From positions 1-64,000 of the forward strand of contig JBEGVZ010000026.1 in NCBI GenBank assembly GCA_041178085.1: a stretch of 64,000 nt of DNA, given 5' to 3'. This document shows, one piece after another, positions 29,465 to 40,145 of this stretch. How positions within the stretch are numbered: position 1 is the stretch's first letter; each line of letters starts with the position of its first letter. The DNA is from Pseudomonadota bacterium (GTDB taxonomy: Bacteria; Bdellovibrionota_B; Oligoflexia; Oligoflexales; RGVZ01). The translations under genes were made by a program, and so were the position numbers. Below the pieces are notes generated by a model. The model was not told the DNA's origin and searched no databases. It saw only the letters and a program-made list of their open reading frames with translations.

Positions 29465-31498
29465 GTGATCAGGTCAGTGCTCGTGCCATCTTCCACTCCC
29501 CGGGGTGGAGTCCGTCTTGCCCTTGGTGTCCTGGCTTTTGTTCCCGCCCTCCTTGCCGCAATGCCGGCAGGGAAATCAAGCAAGATCCCGGACAGGCGGG
29601 AGTTTCCAGTCAGCTCCAAGATAAATCCGTGCGAGGATTTTTATGGTTACGCTTGCTCTGAGGTGATCGATTCCTTCCAGCTGCGTCCCGACCGTTCACG
29701 GCACATTTTTGCCTTCAATGATTCGGGCGAGCGACTGCTTGACCAGAAAAAGAAATATCTCGCCGGACTTCTGGTTGAAAAGAAGAAGCACGAGGGACGC
29801 ACCAAAGACCTGCGCGATAACTTCCAGGCTTGCATGGATCCGAAAGGCAGCGCCAAGGATGAACGGGAAATCGTCGCGCGTACCTTGTCGGAGATTGATG
29901 GCCTCAAGAGCGGTGCCGACGTGGCAAAATGGGCTGGCAGTCGCCTGCCGGCTGGTCAACCCAGCGGGTTCGATATCGGTGCGGTGCCCAACCAGGACGA
30001 TCCAGACGTTGAGGACTTTCTGCTTCTTGCGACCCTCAAGACGCTCCCCGAGCGCAGCTACTACGACAAAAAGGACGTAACAAAAGACCTCGAGTCAGTG
30101 ATGCGCGAATTCTTCGTTGCCTTGAAGCTGTCTGATCCTGGTAAGCGGGCGGCCCGGGTGGTTGCCTTCGAAAAACAGTTTGCCCAGACCTTTCCGCTCC
30201 CGGCCGAGATGCGTGAACTGTACAGCTCGAAACGTTACATCGACAAAAAGGCCTTCGCAGCCCGGCACTCGAATTTATTTCTTGCACCGGCGCTGGATCA
30301 GGTGCCGGAGAAAACTCTTTTGCGGGACATGACCCCGGACAACCTTGCCTGGTTGGACCAGCAGATGGCCAAGGGCGATGTCGAGACATTGAAAGATGTT
30401 TTCCGTTGGCATGCTCTGGCCGGATTCATGGATGATGCCTATCCTTCTTTCTTCAACAAGAACTTCCAGTTCCTGCGGAAGCACCTGGGTGGTCCTGAAA
30501 AGCGTCCTGTGCGTGAAGAGCGGTGTGCGCAGGCAGTCATCGGCCAGTTTGGCAAGGAGCTGGACGCTGACCTGGTCGATAAGTTGTTCCCTGGCTTTCC
30601 GACCGCGAGGTTCATCGCCCTTGCCGAGAAAGTCCGTGCGGAAATCATTCGCGGCCTTGAGCAAAACAAGTGGCTGGAGGAACCCAGTCGCAAGGCGGCG
30701 ATCGAAAAGATCAAGGTCGCAAGGTTGCAGCTGGTGAAGCCGCAAAACGAAGAGGAATGGGACTTCAACCCCGACGGCGATTATTTGCCGTGGGCCCGTC
30801 ACAGCAATGCGATGACGCTGGAAAAACTTTTGACGGCCAGGATGTTTGGACGCCTTGGCAAGCCGCGCAACCGTGACCGTTGGAGCATGTCGCCGCTCAC
30901 AGTTAACGCGTATTATTCCTCGGCGGATAACAAATTCGTGATGCCGATCGGGATCCTCCAGTATCCCTTCTATGACCCCAAGGCCATGGATCACGTGAAC
31001 CTGGGTGCCGTTGGCGCGGTCATCGGCCACGAATTGGGCCACGGAATAGACGACAAGGGTTCCCGGTACGACAAGGACGGGCGCCTCAAGCAATGGATGA
31101 CGGAAGAAGACCTGGGTGATTTCAAGAAAATTACCGGTGGCCTGGTGGCGCAGTTTGATGCCATCGGACACAACGGAAAGCTCACGCTCGGCGAGAACAT
31201 TGGTGACCTCGTGGGTCTCACATTTGGCTACAAGACTGCGTTCAGCATGGCCAGTGGGTCCGAGGTGATTCCGCCAAACTCCGCCAAGCGTGATTTCTTC
31301 ACCCAGTATGCCCGTGTGTGGTGCGGGGTAGTGCGCCCCAAGATGGCAGAACTGCTCCTGAAAACCGACCCGCATTCTGCGATCAAGGCACGGGTCAACG
31401 AGCAGGTGAAGCACCAGCCCGGTTTCCAGGAGGCCTTCGCTTGCAAGGAAGGTGACAAGATGGTGCTGAAACCGGAGCAGCGTATTTCAGTCTGGTGA
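29465..31498 (+). CDS. M13 family zinc metallopeptidase (neprilysin/PepO-like)
   Basis: PCEDFYGYAC, VNAYY, GAVIGHELGHGIDDKG, TLGENIGD, DPHS, RVN. GTG start after AGGAGG. Confidence 0.95.
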   Translation: MIRSVLVPSSTPRGGVRLALGVLAFVPALLAAMPAGKSSKIPDRREFPVSSKINPCEDFYGYACSEVIDSFQLRPDRSRHIFAFNDSGERLLDQKKKYLAGLLVEKKKHEGRTKDLRDNFQACMDPKGSAKDEREIVARTLSEIDGLKSGADVAKWAGSRLPAGQPSGFDIGAVPNQDDPDVEDFLLLATLKTLPERSYYDKKDVTKDLESVMREFFVALKLSDPGKRAARVVAFEKQFAQTFPLPAEMRELYSSKRYIDKKAFAARHSNLFLAPALDQVPEKTLLRDMTPDNLAWLDQQMAKGDVETLKDVFRWHALAGFMDDAYPSFFNKNFQFLRKHLGGPEKRPVREERCAQAVIGQFGKELDADLVDKLFPGFPTARFIALAEKVRAEIIRGLEQNKWLEEPSRKAAIEKIKVARLQLVKPQNEEEWDFNPDGDYLPWARHSNAMTLEKLLTARMFGRLGKPRNRDRWSMSPLTVNAYYSSADNKFVMPIGILQYPFYDPKAMDHVNLGAVGAVIGHELGHGIDDKGSRYDKDGRLKQWMTEEDLGDFKKITGGLVAQFDAIGHNGKLTLGENIGDLVGLTFGYKTAFSMASGSEVIPPNSAKRDFFTQYARVWCGVVRPKMAELLLKTDPHSAIKARVNEQVKHQPGFQEAFACKEGDKMVLKPEQRISVW

Positions 31499-31524
31499 AA
31501 CCTGTGCGCAATGGAGGGCTGGTC

Positions 31525-32085
31525 ATGAATTCGATGCTAGTCAGGTTTTGTTTGGCTGTTTTTTTTCTGGGTGCACCCCCTGCGGGCAGTGCTGCGTCCA
31601 AGTCTTTTTTCGAGCATCAGGCAGATAGCATCGGCGGCAAGGCCGTGAAGATGAGTGAGTACAAGGGGCAGGTTGTGCTGGTCGTCAATACCGCATCTCG
31701 TTGTGGCTTTACTGGCCAGTACAAGGACTTGCAGTCACTTTATGAAAAGTACAAGTCACGCGGGTTTGTCGTGGTCGCATTCCCGAGCAATGATTTTGCG
31801 GCGCAGGAGCCAGGGTCAAACAGTGACATCAAGAAGTTCTGTGACCTCAATTACAAGGTCCGGTTCCCGATGATGGCAAAAGGCAAGGTGATCGGTCCAG
31901 ACAAGCAACCTGTTTACCGCTTTCTGGTTGAGAACTCTCCGGTGAAGGGCGAAGTTTCCTGGAACTTTGAAAAGTTCCTTGTCGATCGTCAGGGCCGGGT
32001 CGTCGGGCGCTTTGATCCTGCGGTTTCGCCGGGTGATCCGAAGCTTGTCACCCAGCTGGAAACACTTCTGGCAGCAAGGAAATAG
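31525..32085 (+). CDS. Glutathione peroxidase (Cys type) with signal peptide
   Basis: VVNTASRCGFTGQY, FPSNDF..QEPG, WNFEKFLVD. Confidence 0.93.
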   Translation: MNSMLVRFCLAVFFLGAPPAGSAASKSFFEHQADSIGGKAVKMSEYKGQVVLVVNTASRCGFTGQYKDLQSLYEKYKSRGFVVVAFPSNDFAAQEPGSNSDIKKFCDLNYKVRFPMMAKGKVIGPDKQPVYRFLVENSPVKGEVSWNFEKFLVDRQGRVVGRFDPAVSPGDPKLVTQLETLLAARK

Positions 32086-32100
32086 AGGCGGGAATTCGAC

Positions 32101-34092
32101 ATGACTCGTGCGCCAGACAACGCAATTGAGGTGGTCGAGGGCATCGAACGGCCCGCCGCGGTCGCGCGGGTGGCCGAGCTCGCTCACCAGATCATGCACC
32201 ACAAGCGAGCCTACTACGCAGGGAAGCCCGAAATTTCTGATGCGGCGTATGATGCGCTGGAAGATGAGTTGCGGAAAATTGCCCCGGAACATCCGGTTTT
32301 GCAGGTGGTCGGTGATGGATCTGTTGCGGCCGGACCAGAAGCTGGCCGGAAAGTGGAACACCGGACACCGATGCTTTCGCTCGATAAGACCTATGAACTT
32401 TCTGAGCTGCATCGTTGGGCAGGAACTCGTCCCGTGATGGGAACGCTCAAGGTAGATGGCAACAGTCTGAGTGTTGTGTACGAATCTGGTCGGATGGTGC
32501 TGGCAAAGACACGCGGAAACGGCCGGGTTGGGGAGGATGTGACTGCCAAGGCGGCCTGGATCGCAGACATCCCACATCACCTTGCTGGTGGGATTTCATG
32601 TGAGATCCGTGGGGAGCTTTATTGCTCCGAAGGTAACTTCATCCGCCTTGCCGATGAGATGGTGAAGCTTGGGCTTGAACGTCCGACCAGTCCGCGCAAC
32701 ATCGTGGCCGGGCTCCTTGGTCGCAAGCAGCATTTCGATCTGGCACGTTATTTCTCGTTTTTCGCATTTGATTACATGCCGGATGGTGAGGGAGCCCCCC
32801 GGTTCAAGACTGAAGTCGAGAAGTTCAAGTGGCTGGGCAAGGCGGGATTTTCCCTTCCTCATCCGCAGAAAATCCTCACCCAGGAAGGTGTCGACCGCTA
32901 CCTTGCATACGTCAAAAAGTTAATGGAAGAGGACGAGATCGGGTTGGACGGTGCAGTCTTTTCCTACGACGAACTCGCGCTGCATGAGGAGCTTGGCAGC
33001 ACATCCCATCATCCGCGCTACAAGTTGTCGTTCAAGTGGCAGGGTCAGACAGCGGTATCCGTGGTTAAACAAATCACATGGGCCACTTCGCGACTCGGCA
33101 TTGTTACTCCAGTCGCGGTCATTGAGCCGGTGTTCCTCAGCGGGGCGTCGATCAGCAATATCACTTTGCACAATGCCGCCCACGTCAAGGCCTGGAATTT
33201 GAAGGCCGGGGACCGGATCGAAATTGTCCGCTCCGGGGAGGTCATCCCGAAGTTCCTTGCCGTGGTCGAGGCCGGGCCTGGAAATTACCATTGGCCCGAA
33301 AAATGTCCGGAATGTGGTGCGCGCCTGGTTGCCGATGACGTGCGTTTGAAGTGTCCTGATGCGACCGGGTGCCCGGCGCAGCAGCTGGGCGCGATCCTGA
33401 ATTGGATCAAATGTGCTGAAATTGACGACCTCAACGACAAGCGGTTGCTGCCGCTCATGGATGCTGGCCTGGTCAAGACTATGGCGGATCTCTATCGATT
33501 GAAGGTGGAAGATTTTCTCGTGATCCCCCAAACGCGAGAAAAGATGGCGGCAAAGCTTCACGCTCACATTCAGGCCAGCCGCACCTTGCCTTTGGCTTCA
33601 TTCCTGAATGGGCTGGGTGTTGAGGGGGCCGGGCGGACCACGTGGGAAAAGCTACTGGAGCATTTTCACGGGATTGATGGGATCCTTGGTGCCTCTGTTG
33701 AACAGATTGCTGCGATTGAAGGTTTTGCGGAGAAATCAGCGACCCAGATTGTTCGTGGCTTGGCTGCGCGCAGGGAGTGGATTCGTGACCTGCAGGCCGC
33801 CGGGGTCAAACCGCATGCGCCCGAGGCCTATGTTCCCGGCGCTGATGCCCCTTTGGCTGGCCTTCAGTTTGTCATCACAGGTGCCCTGTCCCGCCCGCGT
33901 TCCGAGATTGAGAAGGCAATCAAGACGGCAGGGGGGAAGCTTGGCTCGGCCGTCAGCGGCAATACATTCGCCGTGGTCACGGAAGACCCATCGTCCGGGT
34001 CGTCCAAGATGAAAAAAGCACTCGAACTCGGGGTGAAAATCTGGAATGAAAGGCAACTCTTCGAAGCGATAGAAAAAGGGGTCCCCAAGTGA
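32101..34092 (+). CDS. ligA: NAD-dependent DNA ligase
   Basis: ISDAAYD, PMLSLDK, LKVDG, TRGNGRVGEDVT, EIRGE, RSGEVIP, CPEC zinc finger, C-terminal BRCT. Confidence 0.96.
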   Translation: MTRAPDNAIEVVEGIERPAAVARVAELAHQIMHHKRAYYAGKPEISDAAYDALEDELRKIAPEHPVLQVVGDGSVAAGPEAGRKVEHRTPMLSLDKTYELSELHRWAGTRPVMGTLKVDGNSLSVVYESGRMVLAKTRGNGRVGEDVTAKAAWIADIPHHLAGGISCEIRGELYCSEGNFIRLADEMVKLGLERPTSPRNIVAGLLGRKQHFDLARYFSFFAFDYMPDGEGAPRFKTEVEKFKWLGKAGFSLPHPQKILTQEGVDRYLAYVKKLMEEDEIGLDGAVFSYDELALHEELGSTSHHPRYKLSFKWQGQTAVSVVKQITWATSRLGIVTPVAVIEPVFLSGASISNITLHNAAHVKAWNLKAGDRIEIVRSGEVIPKFLAVVEAGPGNYHWPEKCPECGARLVADDVRLKCPDATGCPAQQLGAILNWIKCAEIDDLNDKRLLPLMDAGLVKTMADLYRLKVEDFLVIPQTREKMAAKLHAHIQASRTLPLASFLNGLGVEGAGRTTWEKLLEHFHGIDGILGASVEQIAAIEGFAEKSATQIVRGLAARREWIRDLQAAGVKPHAPEAYVPGADAPLAGLQFVITGALSRPRSEIEKAIKTAGGKLGSAVSGNTFAVVTEDPSSGSSKMKKALELGVKIWNERQLFEAIEKGVPK

Positions 34093-35177
34093 AGGTCAAT
34101 TTGCCCGGAAAACCCGCATATGATTCGTGGAAAGTTGCGATGGAGCGCCTTGAGCGCGGGACACCGCCGGCAGAGGATGCCGGTTTCCTTGGCGCTGACC
34201 TGGATCCTTCGGAAGCCAAACTGGTTTTGATTCCCTCACCCTGGGATGTGACGACTTCCTACAGGCCCGGGACAGCAAATGGCCCGGCGGCAATCATTGC
34301 CGCGAGCCACCAGCTCGACCTGGATGATGTCAGCTTCGGCAAGGTGTACCGCTCCGGCATCTCGTTCTTGCCGCATCCGGATGAGATTGAGCGCCTGAAC
34401 GCCGTGCTTCGCGTCAGGGCAGAAAAAGTGATGGCTGACCTTGGTGAGGGGGAAGCGGACAAGGGTGACCTTGCGGCCGTGAATGAGGGCGGCGCTTCCT
34501 TGAACCGCTATGTGCGTGAGGCCGCCAGGGGAATCCTTGATCGTGGATCTTTTGCTGCTGTTGTGGGCGGAGACCATGCTTCGCCATTCGGGCTGATGGA
34601 GGCATTGGCTGAAAAACACAAGGATGGTTTCGGGGTCCTGCATTTCGATGCCCATCACGATCTGCGTGACGCCTACGAAGGCTTCACCTTCTCCCATGCG
34701 TCGATCTTTCATAACGTCATGGAACGCATACCTGCCGTGTCCAGGCTGGTGCAGGTCGGCATCCGCGATTTCTGTGAGGAAGAGCGCGATTACATGCTTG
34801 CCCTTGGCAAGCGAGGCTCCGTTTTCTACCAGCGGGAATTGTTCCGGCGAAAGGCGCGCGGGGAATCTTGGCACTCAATCTGCGAGGACATCATTTCGCA
34901 GCTACCTGCCAAAGTTTACATTTCGTTTGATATCGATGGGCTTGATCCCGTGTGCTGTCCTTCGACTGGTACGCCGGTGCCTGGTGGCCTGGGCTTTGAC
35001 GAGGCAGTTTACTTGCTTGAACTTCTGGCAGGTTCAGGACGGAAGGTCGTTGGCTTTGATCTTTGTGAGGTTTCGCCAGATCCATCCGGCCAGAGCGAGT
35101 GGGACGCCAATGTCGGTTGCCGGATGCTCTACAAGCTGTGTGGTGTGCTTGCCAAGACCCAGGGACTATTGCCTTGA
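34089..35177 (+). CDS. Agmatinase/ureohydrolase family protein
   Basis: GGDHAS, FDAHHD, SHAS, SFDIDGLDP, TGTPVPGG. Confidence 0.9.
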   Translation: MKVNLPGKPAYDSWKVAMERLERGTPPAEDAGFLGADLDPSEAKLVLIPSPWDVTTSYRPGTANGPAAIIAASHQLDLDDVSFGKVYRSGISFLPHPDEIERLNAVLRVRAEKVMADLGEGEADKGDLAAVNEGGASLNRYVREAARGILDRGSFAAVVGGDHASPFGLMEALAEKHKDGFGVLHFDAHHDLRDAYEGFTFSHASIFHNVMERIPAVSRLVQVGIRDFCEEERDYMLALGKRGSVFYQRELFRRKARGESWHSICEDIISQLPAKVYISFDIDGLDPVCCPSTGTPVPGGLGFDEAVYLLELLAGSGRKVVGFDLCEVSPDPSGQSEWDANVGCRMLYKLCGVLAKTQGLLP

Positions 35178-36503
35178 GTTCCCGTTGAAGCGCTGCCCGG
35201 TTGTAACGACTTTGGCGGGGCAGACGGTCTCCGATGAGACGTCTTTGCCGAACAGGATCCATGTGTCGATCGCGTAACGCCCTTTTGCAAGGCCAGAGGT
35301 TTCAAAGTACACTCCCCGGGAAGATCCGTCTGCGCGCCCGTCCTTTTTCCAGTCGCCAGCCTTCCGGAATTCCACGACATCAAGCACGAGATTGGGAAAG
35401 AAACCCATTTCCACGATGTTGCGCGCCAAGATCATGTCCAGAGCGATGGGGTCTTCGCCTAGTTTTCCCATGAGCCTGAAACGGCACTCAACCCCCGGGC
35501 ACTGTTCCAGGATCCTGCGCGTCTTTTCTTGATGTTCCACCAGCGTCGTGCCGGCTTTTTGTACTGGCATGTTGCTTTGTGGATGCCCAGGGTCAAAGGT
35601 CGCGCGGTCGAGCTTGAAGGAATATAGAGATCCGCTGCCCGGGTGGAGGTTCTCAGGGGCGTTGCGTGGAACGTCTATCACCATCGGGATGTTCGCTGAC
35701 TTCTCGAAAAAGGAGGCGATGGTGCTCATCTTGAGGTCGATCTTGAATGCAAGCAGGCGCAGGTAGAACGAAATTCCTTCGACAAATCCGACTGGCCCGG
35801 CAGTGGATGCCATCACATAGGACTCTATGTCTTCGTTGTTGAACTCCAGTGTGAAGAACCTTTTGATGTCGAGGCGGATCGTGATTTCCGCCTCGTAGGC
35901 GCTGCGGACCCATTCTCCGCTGCTGGTTTTGGCATTCAGACTTTCGTAGAGCAACTCGTTCCTGGGGTGGTATTGGTAAACGAATTCCGAGGACGAAATC
36001 TCACGTTTTGCCGGGTTGCCAGTCACGGGATAGCGAGGTTCAAACTCCGCGGACGGATGTTGCGTGCAGGCGACAAGGTACGCGAATACCTGTTTGCCGC
36101 CGTCCCCCGCTTTCTGCAGCTCAACCAGTTCCTGTCCACCGCAGGGTAGCGCGGCTTTTCCGTCGAATCTGCCCTTGAAGCCTGACACCTCAAATACCAG
36201 CCGGTCCCGCGACGTTATGCTTGTGTCCGTCTGCTTCTGCGCCCCTTGCTTCCCGGGTTGTGAAATCCGTGCGGTGTCGATCGACAGGTCATCGGATACC
36301 GGTACGATTTGCAACGAAAGGGGAAGCCATCCTGCTTTTGGTTCGTAGGAATAGAGATGGATCGTCGACAGTGGAATCTTGCCAATCCAAGCATGCCCCG
36401 CATCCAAGTTGAAGTATGCAGGACACGCAAGCGCCCCTTCCGGGATGGCTGCCCCTGCTGCCACCAGAACGGGAATCACGCCCGAGATCACTTTGGAAAC
36501 CAT
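35166..36503 (-). CDS. Hypothetical secreted protein
   Basis: Long ORF with an N-terminal signal peptide from MVSKVISG (GGAG upstream). No family recognised. Confidence 0.6.
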   Translation of the reverse strand: MVSKVISGVIPVLVAAGAAIPEGALACPAYFNLDAGHAWIGKIPLSTIHLYSYEPKAGWLPLSLQIVPVSDDLSIDTARISQPGKQGAQKQTDTSITSRDRLVFEVSGFKGRFDGKAALPCGGQELVELQKAGDGGKQVFAYLVACTQHPSAEFEPRYPVTGNPAKREISSSEFVYQYHPRNELLYESLNAKTSSGEWVRSAYEAEITIRLDIKRFFTLEFNNEDIESYVMASTAGPVGFVEGISFYLRLLAFKIDLKMSTIASFFEKSANIPMVIDVPRNAPENLHPGSGSLYSFKLDRATFDPGHPQSNMPVQKAGTTLVEHQEKTRRILEQCPGVECRFRLMGKLGEDPIALDMILARNIVEMGFFPNLVLDVVEFRKAGDWKKDGRADGSSRGVYFETSGLAKGRYAIDTWILFGKDVSSETVCPAKVVTTGQRFNGNSRQ

Positions 36504-36593
36504 GCTCCGCAAGTCTGCACTCCGTCCCTGATAGCCCTTTAAGGGGAGCATCGGCGCACGGCATGGGAATCTTGAGGCAAATTCGGGGCTTTG

Positions 36594-37016
36594 TCACATT
36601 GTCCAGTCGAAGCTGCCTTGCTGGACGTCGCGGAAGCACTGGGACTTGTTCTCTGTGCAGACAAAAACCACCATTTTGTAGGTGATTTTTCCCAATTTTT
36701 TTTCAGGTTTGGAAACCATTGAAAATCCAGCCAGGTCTTCCTTGAAATCGCTGCGGCCCATTTTTGTCTTTTCGAGGACCAGGCCCTGATGGGTCTTGAT
36801 CTCAAGGGACCAAGGACCCTCGGTGTTGATTTTGAGGCCCTTGCCCGGCAATGTTTTGAAGTCGAACTTCAGCTGGCCGTCACCTTGCGCACTCCAGTCG
36901 ACCTGGACGCTTGCCTGCTTGGAGGAAGATGGTGTCGCACTGTTGCCAGACTTTGCTGCTACCGTGGCGCAAAATATGAGCGCAGAACAAATGATTTTCA
37001 ACGGTTTCGTTTTCAT
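36594..37016 (-). CDS. Small hypothetical secreted protein (beta-rich, C-terminal Cys pair)
   Basis: Signal peptide, KINTEGPW, FVCTENKSQC. Confidence 0.65.
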   Translation of the reverse strand: MKTKPLKIICSALIFCATVAAKSGNSATPSSSKQASVQVDWSAQGDGQLKFDFKTLPGKGLKINTEGPWSLEIKTHQGLVLEKTKMGRSDFKEDLAGFSMVSKPEKKLGKITYKMVVFVCTENKSQCFRDVQQGSFDWTM

Positions 37017-37049
37017 ATTGGCTCCCGGTTTTGCAATCCAGAGACTATC

Positions 37050-39380
37050 TTACATCATCCGGCCGCTCTGTTGGCGTCCTGGGTTTCGCCGGTCTACCGA
37101 GACGATGTCGGGAAGGGATTCGACTTTCCTGATGATCGCCTGCAGCTGCGAAAGGCTGTTCAAGGTCAACTCGAAGTCGAGATGCCCCATCAAGTCACTG
37201 GAAACCTGTATATTCGCCCGCTGGATATTGGCACCACAGGACGCGATTGCCATCGTGACATCGGCCAGGACGCCCGGTCGATCCCGTGTGATGACCCGTA
37301 TGAAAGCGTGGTGGCTGCCCTGTGCGGTGCTGTCGCCAGGTGTGCCCCCCGCCCATTGGACGGACACGCGACGTTGTGGATCGAGGTCAAGCGCCCTGGA
37401 ACAGCTGACGCGGTGGACGGTGACACCACGCCCCCTGGTGATGAAACCTTGGATTTCTTCGCCGGGAAGGGGATTGCAGCAACGCCCGAAATTGACCAGC
37501 ACGTTGTCGATGCCGCTGACCAGGATGCCGTGGCTTGGCCCCGCCTTGACGTGGGATAGCTGCTGGCTCGTCGTTGTCGCTGTGCCGCTTGCGTCAGCAG
37601 TTCCGTCGCCGCGGCTGGCAGCATTGGTGCCGGCTGTTCCGTCAGTGGCCTTGGCTGACGCAGCGCCATCACTGCGCACATCTTTTTCTGGCAGGACGCG
37701 GGCCAGGACTTCGCGGGCGTCGAGCTTGCCGTATCCAATGGAGGCCAGCATGTCATCGACGCCACTTTCCTTGCCGGCGCGGGCAAGCGCCTCGCCATGG
37801 CCTTGCTTAAGCAGCTTTTCCAGGTCAAGTCCGCGCGCCTCGCATGCCTGCTCCATCAGTGAACGGCCCATTTTCCGGCTCTTTTCCCTCTGTTGGCTGC
37901 GCAGGTAAGAGCGGATCTTGTTCTTGGCGCGCGAACTGGTGACGTAGTTCAGCCAGTCCTTGTTGGGTTTCTGGTTGGGCGAAGTGAGGATTTCGACGAT
38001 GTCGCCCGACTTGAGTTTCTTCTTGATCGGAACGATTTTGCCGTTGACCTTGGCACCAACGGTCGTCAGTCCGATCGCGGAGTGGACGTTGAAGGCGAAA
38101 TCAAGTGGCGTCGCCCCGTGTGGCAGGCGGATCACGTCGCCCTTGGGAGTGAAGATGAAGATCTCATCATCGAAAAGGTCAACCTTGACCGCTTCCAGAA
38201 ATTCCTCCGGGTCTTTCAACTCCGTCTGCCACTCCATGATCTGACGTAGCCAGGCAAATTTCTTGAGGTCAGTGTTGGGAGAACGCGGATCGACCGCTGC
38301 GTTCGAGCCTGAGCCTTTCTCTTTGTAGCTCCAGTGTGCAGCAATCCCGTACTCGCAAGTCTCATGCATCTCGTGGGTACGGATCTGGATTTCGGCTGGT
38401 TCACCATTCGGGCGGATTACGGTCGTATGCAGGGACTGATACATGTTTGCCTTCGGCATCGCGATGTAGTCCTTGAATCGTCCAGGCATCGGTTTCCACA
38501 TGGCATGGACAACGCCCAGAGCCTCGTAGCAGTCCTTGACTGAATCGACGATGATCCTGAATGCGAAGAGGTCATTGACCTCCTCAAACGCGAGGTGGCG
38601 CTCGACCATTTTTTTGTAGATCGAAAAGAAATGTTTTGGCCTGCCGTATACGATGACGTTCTGGAAACCGTATTTTTTGAGTTCGGACTCTAGCTTCTGT
38701 TTGACCTCTTCGATGTGTGCCAGGCGTTCTGCCTTTTTTGCCGCAACCTTGGATTTCAGGTCTTTGTAGACGTCCGTTTTCATTTGCCGCAGGCAGAGGT
38801 CTTCCAGTTCACTTTTGATCCCATAAATCCCAAGGCGGCTGGCAAGCGGTGCGTATATATCGATGGTTTCCTGAGCGATGCGCTTGCGTTTTGCTGGTGG
38901 AAGGACTTCGATGGTGCGCATGTTATGCAGGCGATCGGCAAGTTTGATCAGGATGACGCGAACGTCCTTTGCCATCGCAAAGACCATCTTGCGAAAGTTC
39001 TCCGCCATACGTTCCTGGCTGGAGCGGAATTCGATCTTGCCGATCTTGGTCATGCCGTCGACCAGGTCTGCAACCTGCTTTCCGAACAGTTGCTCGACTT
39101 CGGCCAGCGGTGTTTCCGTGTCCTCCACCACATCGTGCAGGATGGCGGCTACGATTGAGGGCAAGTCGGCCTTGAATTTGGTGAGTATCAGCGCGACATT
39201 GAGAGGATGGGTGATATAGGGTTCACCGGTTGCGCGCAGCTGCGGACCGTGGCGCTCCGCGCCAAACTTGTAGGCTTTCTCCAGCGCAGTCAGATCCTGG
39301 CCGGGCAGGTACCCCTTGAGAGTGCCGTGTAGCTCCTCAAAAAGAAGCTCGGCAGTCGATGTCTGGTTTGTTTCATCCAC
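37050..39380 (-). CDS. spoT: Bifunctional (p)ppGpp synthetase/hydrolase RelA/SpoT
   Basis: GEPYITHP, LHDVVEDT (intact HD), IKLADRLHNMRT, GRPKH, FKDYIA.PK.N.YQSLHT, TGS and ACT domains. Confidence 0.96.
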   Translation of the reverse strand: MDETNQTSTAELLFEELHGTLKGYLPGQDLTALEKAYKFGAERHGPQLRATGEPYITHPLNVALILTKFKADLPSIVAAILHDVVEDTETPLAEVEQLFGKQVADLVDGMTKIGKIEFRSSQERMAENFRKMVFAMAKDVRVILIKLADRLHNMRTIEVLPPAKRKRIAQETIDIYAPLASRLGIYGIKSELEDLCLRQMKTDVYKDLKSKVAAKKAERLAHIEEVKQKLESELKKYGFQNVIVYGRPKHFFSIYKKMVERHLAFEEVNDLFAFRIIVDSVKDCYEALGVVHAMWKPMPGRFKDYIAMPKANMYQSLHTTVIRPNGEPAEIQIRTHEMHETCEYGIAAHWSYKEKGSGSNAAVDPRSPNTDLKKFAWLRQIMEWQTELKDPEEFLEAVKVDLFDDEIFIFTPKGDVIRLPHGATPLDFAFNVHSAIGLTTVGAKVNGKIVPIKKKLKSGDIVEILTSPNQKPNKDWLNYVTSSRAKNKIRSYLRSQQREKSRKMGRSLMEQACEARGLDLEKLLKQGHGEALARAGKESGVDDMLASIGYGKLDAREVLARVLPEKDVRSDGAASAKATDGTAGTNAASRGDGTADASGTATTTSQQLSHVKAGPSHGILVSGIDNVLVNFGRCCNPLPGEEIQGFITRGRGVTVHRVSCSRALDLDPQRRVSVQWAGGTPGDSTAQGSHHAFIRVITRDRPGVLADVTMAIASCGANIQRANIQVSSDLMGHLDFELTLNSLSQLQAIIRKVESLPDIVSVDRRNPGRQQSGRMM

Positions 39381-39461
39381 CCGGGTACCCTCACGCCCAT
39401 CCTCAAGATTTATCGGCGTTTTTTGGTCGTAACTCAGGTGGACCTCGAAAAAACTCGTTGG

Positions 39462-40145
39462 TCAGAGTGAATTTCTATCGAAATTTTTCTTTAATTTCAA
39501 TATGTTGCCGCTGAGCTCGAATTCTTCGAGCAGGCGGTCACACAATGCCACGCCCCCGGCGCCCGAGATTTTTCCGGTTTCTCCGCCGACGATGATGGCT
39601 TCCAGCTCCGCGTAAGCGCGTTCAAGCTGGTCGTTGACGATGAAGTAATCATAGATGCGCCCGGCGGCAATTTCATCCCGCGCGGTCTTGAAGCGGCGCC
39701 ATCGTACTTCCGGTGCATCTGTTCCGCGCTTTTCGAGTCTTTTCCATAGGTCCTCCATCGACGGAGGAAGAATGAAAATGGAGATTGCCCCGGGGAGTTT
39801 CGGCTTGATCGTCTTCCAGCCCTGGACATCAATCTCCAGAATAACCTTGTGACCCCTGCCCGTAATTCGCTCAATTTCCGCGTGGCTTGTACCGTAGAGG
39901 TTGCCAAAGACCTCGGCCCATTCCAGCATTTTTCCGGCGTTGATGTGTCGCTGGAACTCAGTCCGGTCGACAAAGTGATAGTGCATGCCGTCGACTTCCC
40001 CCGTCCGCTGCGGGCGGGTGGTCAGGCTTACTGAGATCTCGACATCCGGGTGCTGGTTGTGGAGCCGGCTATTCAACGTCGTCTTGCCAGTTCCGGATGG
40101 AGCTGAAACAGCGAAGATACCAGCAGGTTGGAGCAAATTTCCCAT
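39462..40145 (-). CDS. gmk: Guanylate kinase
   Basis: SAPSGTGKTT, TTRPQR.GEVDG..YHF, LEWAEVFGNLYGT, LEIDVQG. Confidence 0.96.
   Translation of the reverse strand: MGNLLQPAGIFAVSAPSGTGKTTLNSRLHNQHPDVEISVSLTTRPQRTGEVDGMHYHFVDRTEFQRHINAGKMLEWAEVFGNLYGTSHAEIERITGRGHKVILEIDVQGWKTIKPKLPGAISIFILPPSMEDLWKRLEKRGTDAPEVRWRRFKTARDEIAAGRIYDYFIVNDQLERAYAELEAIIVGGETGKISGAGGVALCDRLLEEFELSGNILKLKKNFDRNSL

Noticed and set aside
30275..31414. 379-aa antisense ORF inside the M13 peptidase
   Set aside because: Shadow ORF produced by codon bias of a clear gene on the opposite strand. No motifs.
34089..35177. Calling the ureohydrolase formiminoglutamase (hutG) because hutU is in the window
   Set aside because: It is 30 kb from hutU in an unrelated operon. 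The sequence alone supports only the agmatinase/ureohydrolase family.
36789..37908. 256-aa and 370-aa plus-strand ORFs opposite spoT
   Set aside because: Antisense shadows of spoT and the neighbouring gene. No recognisable protein features.
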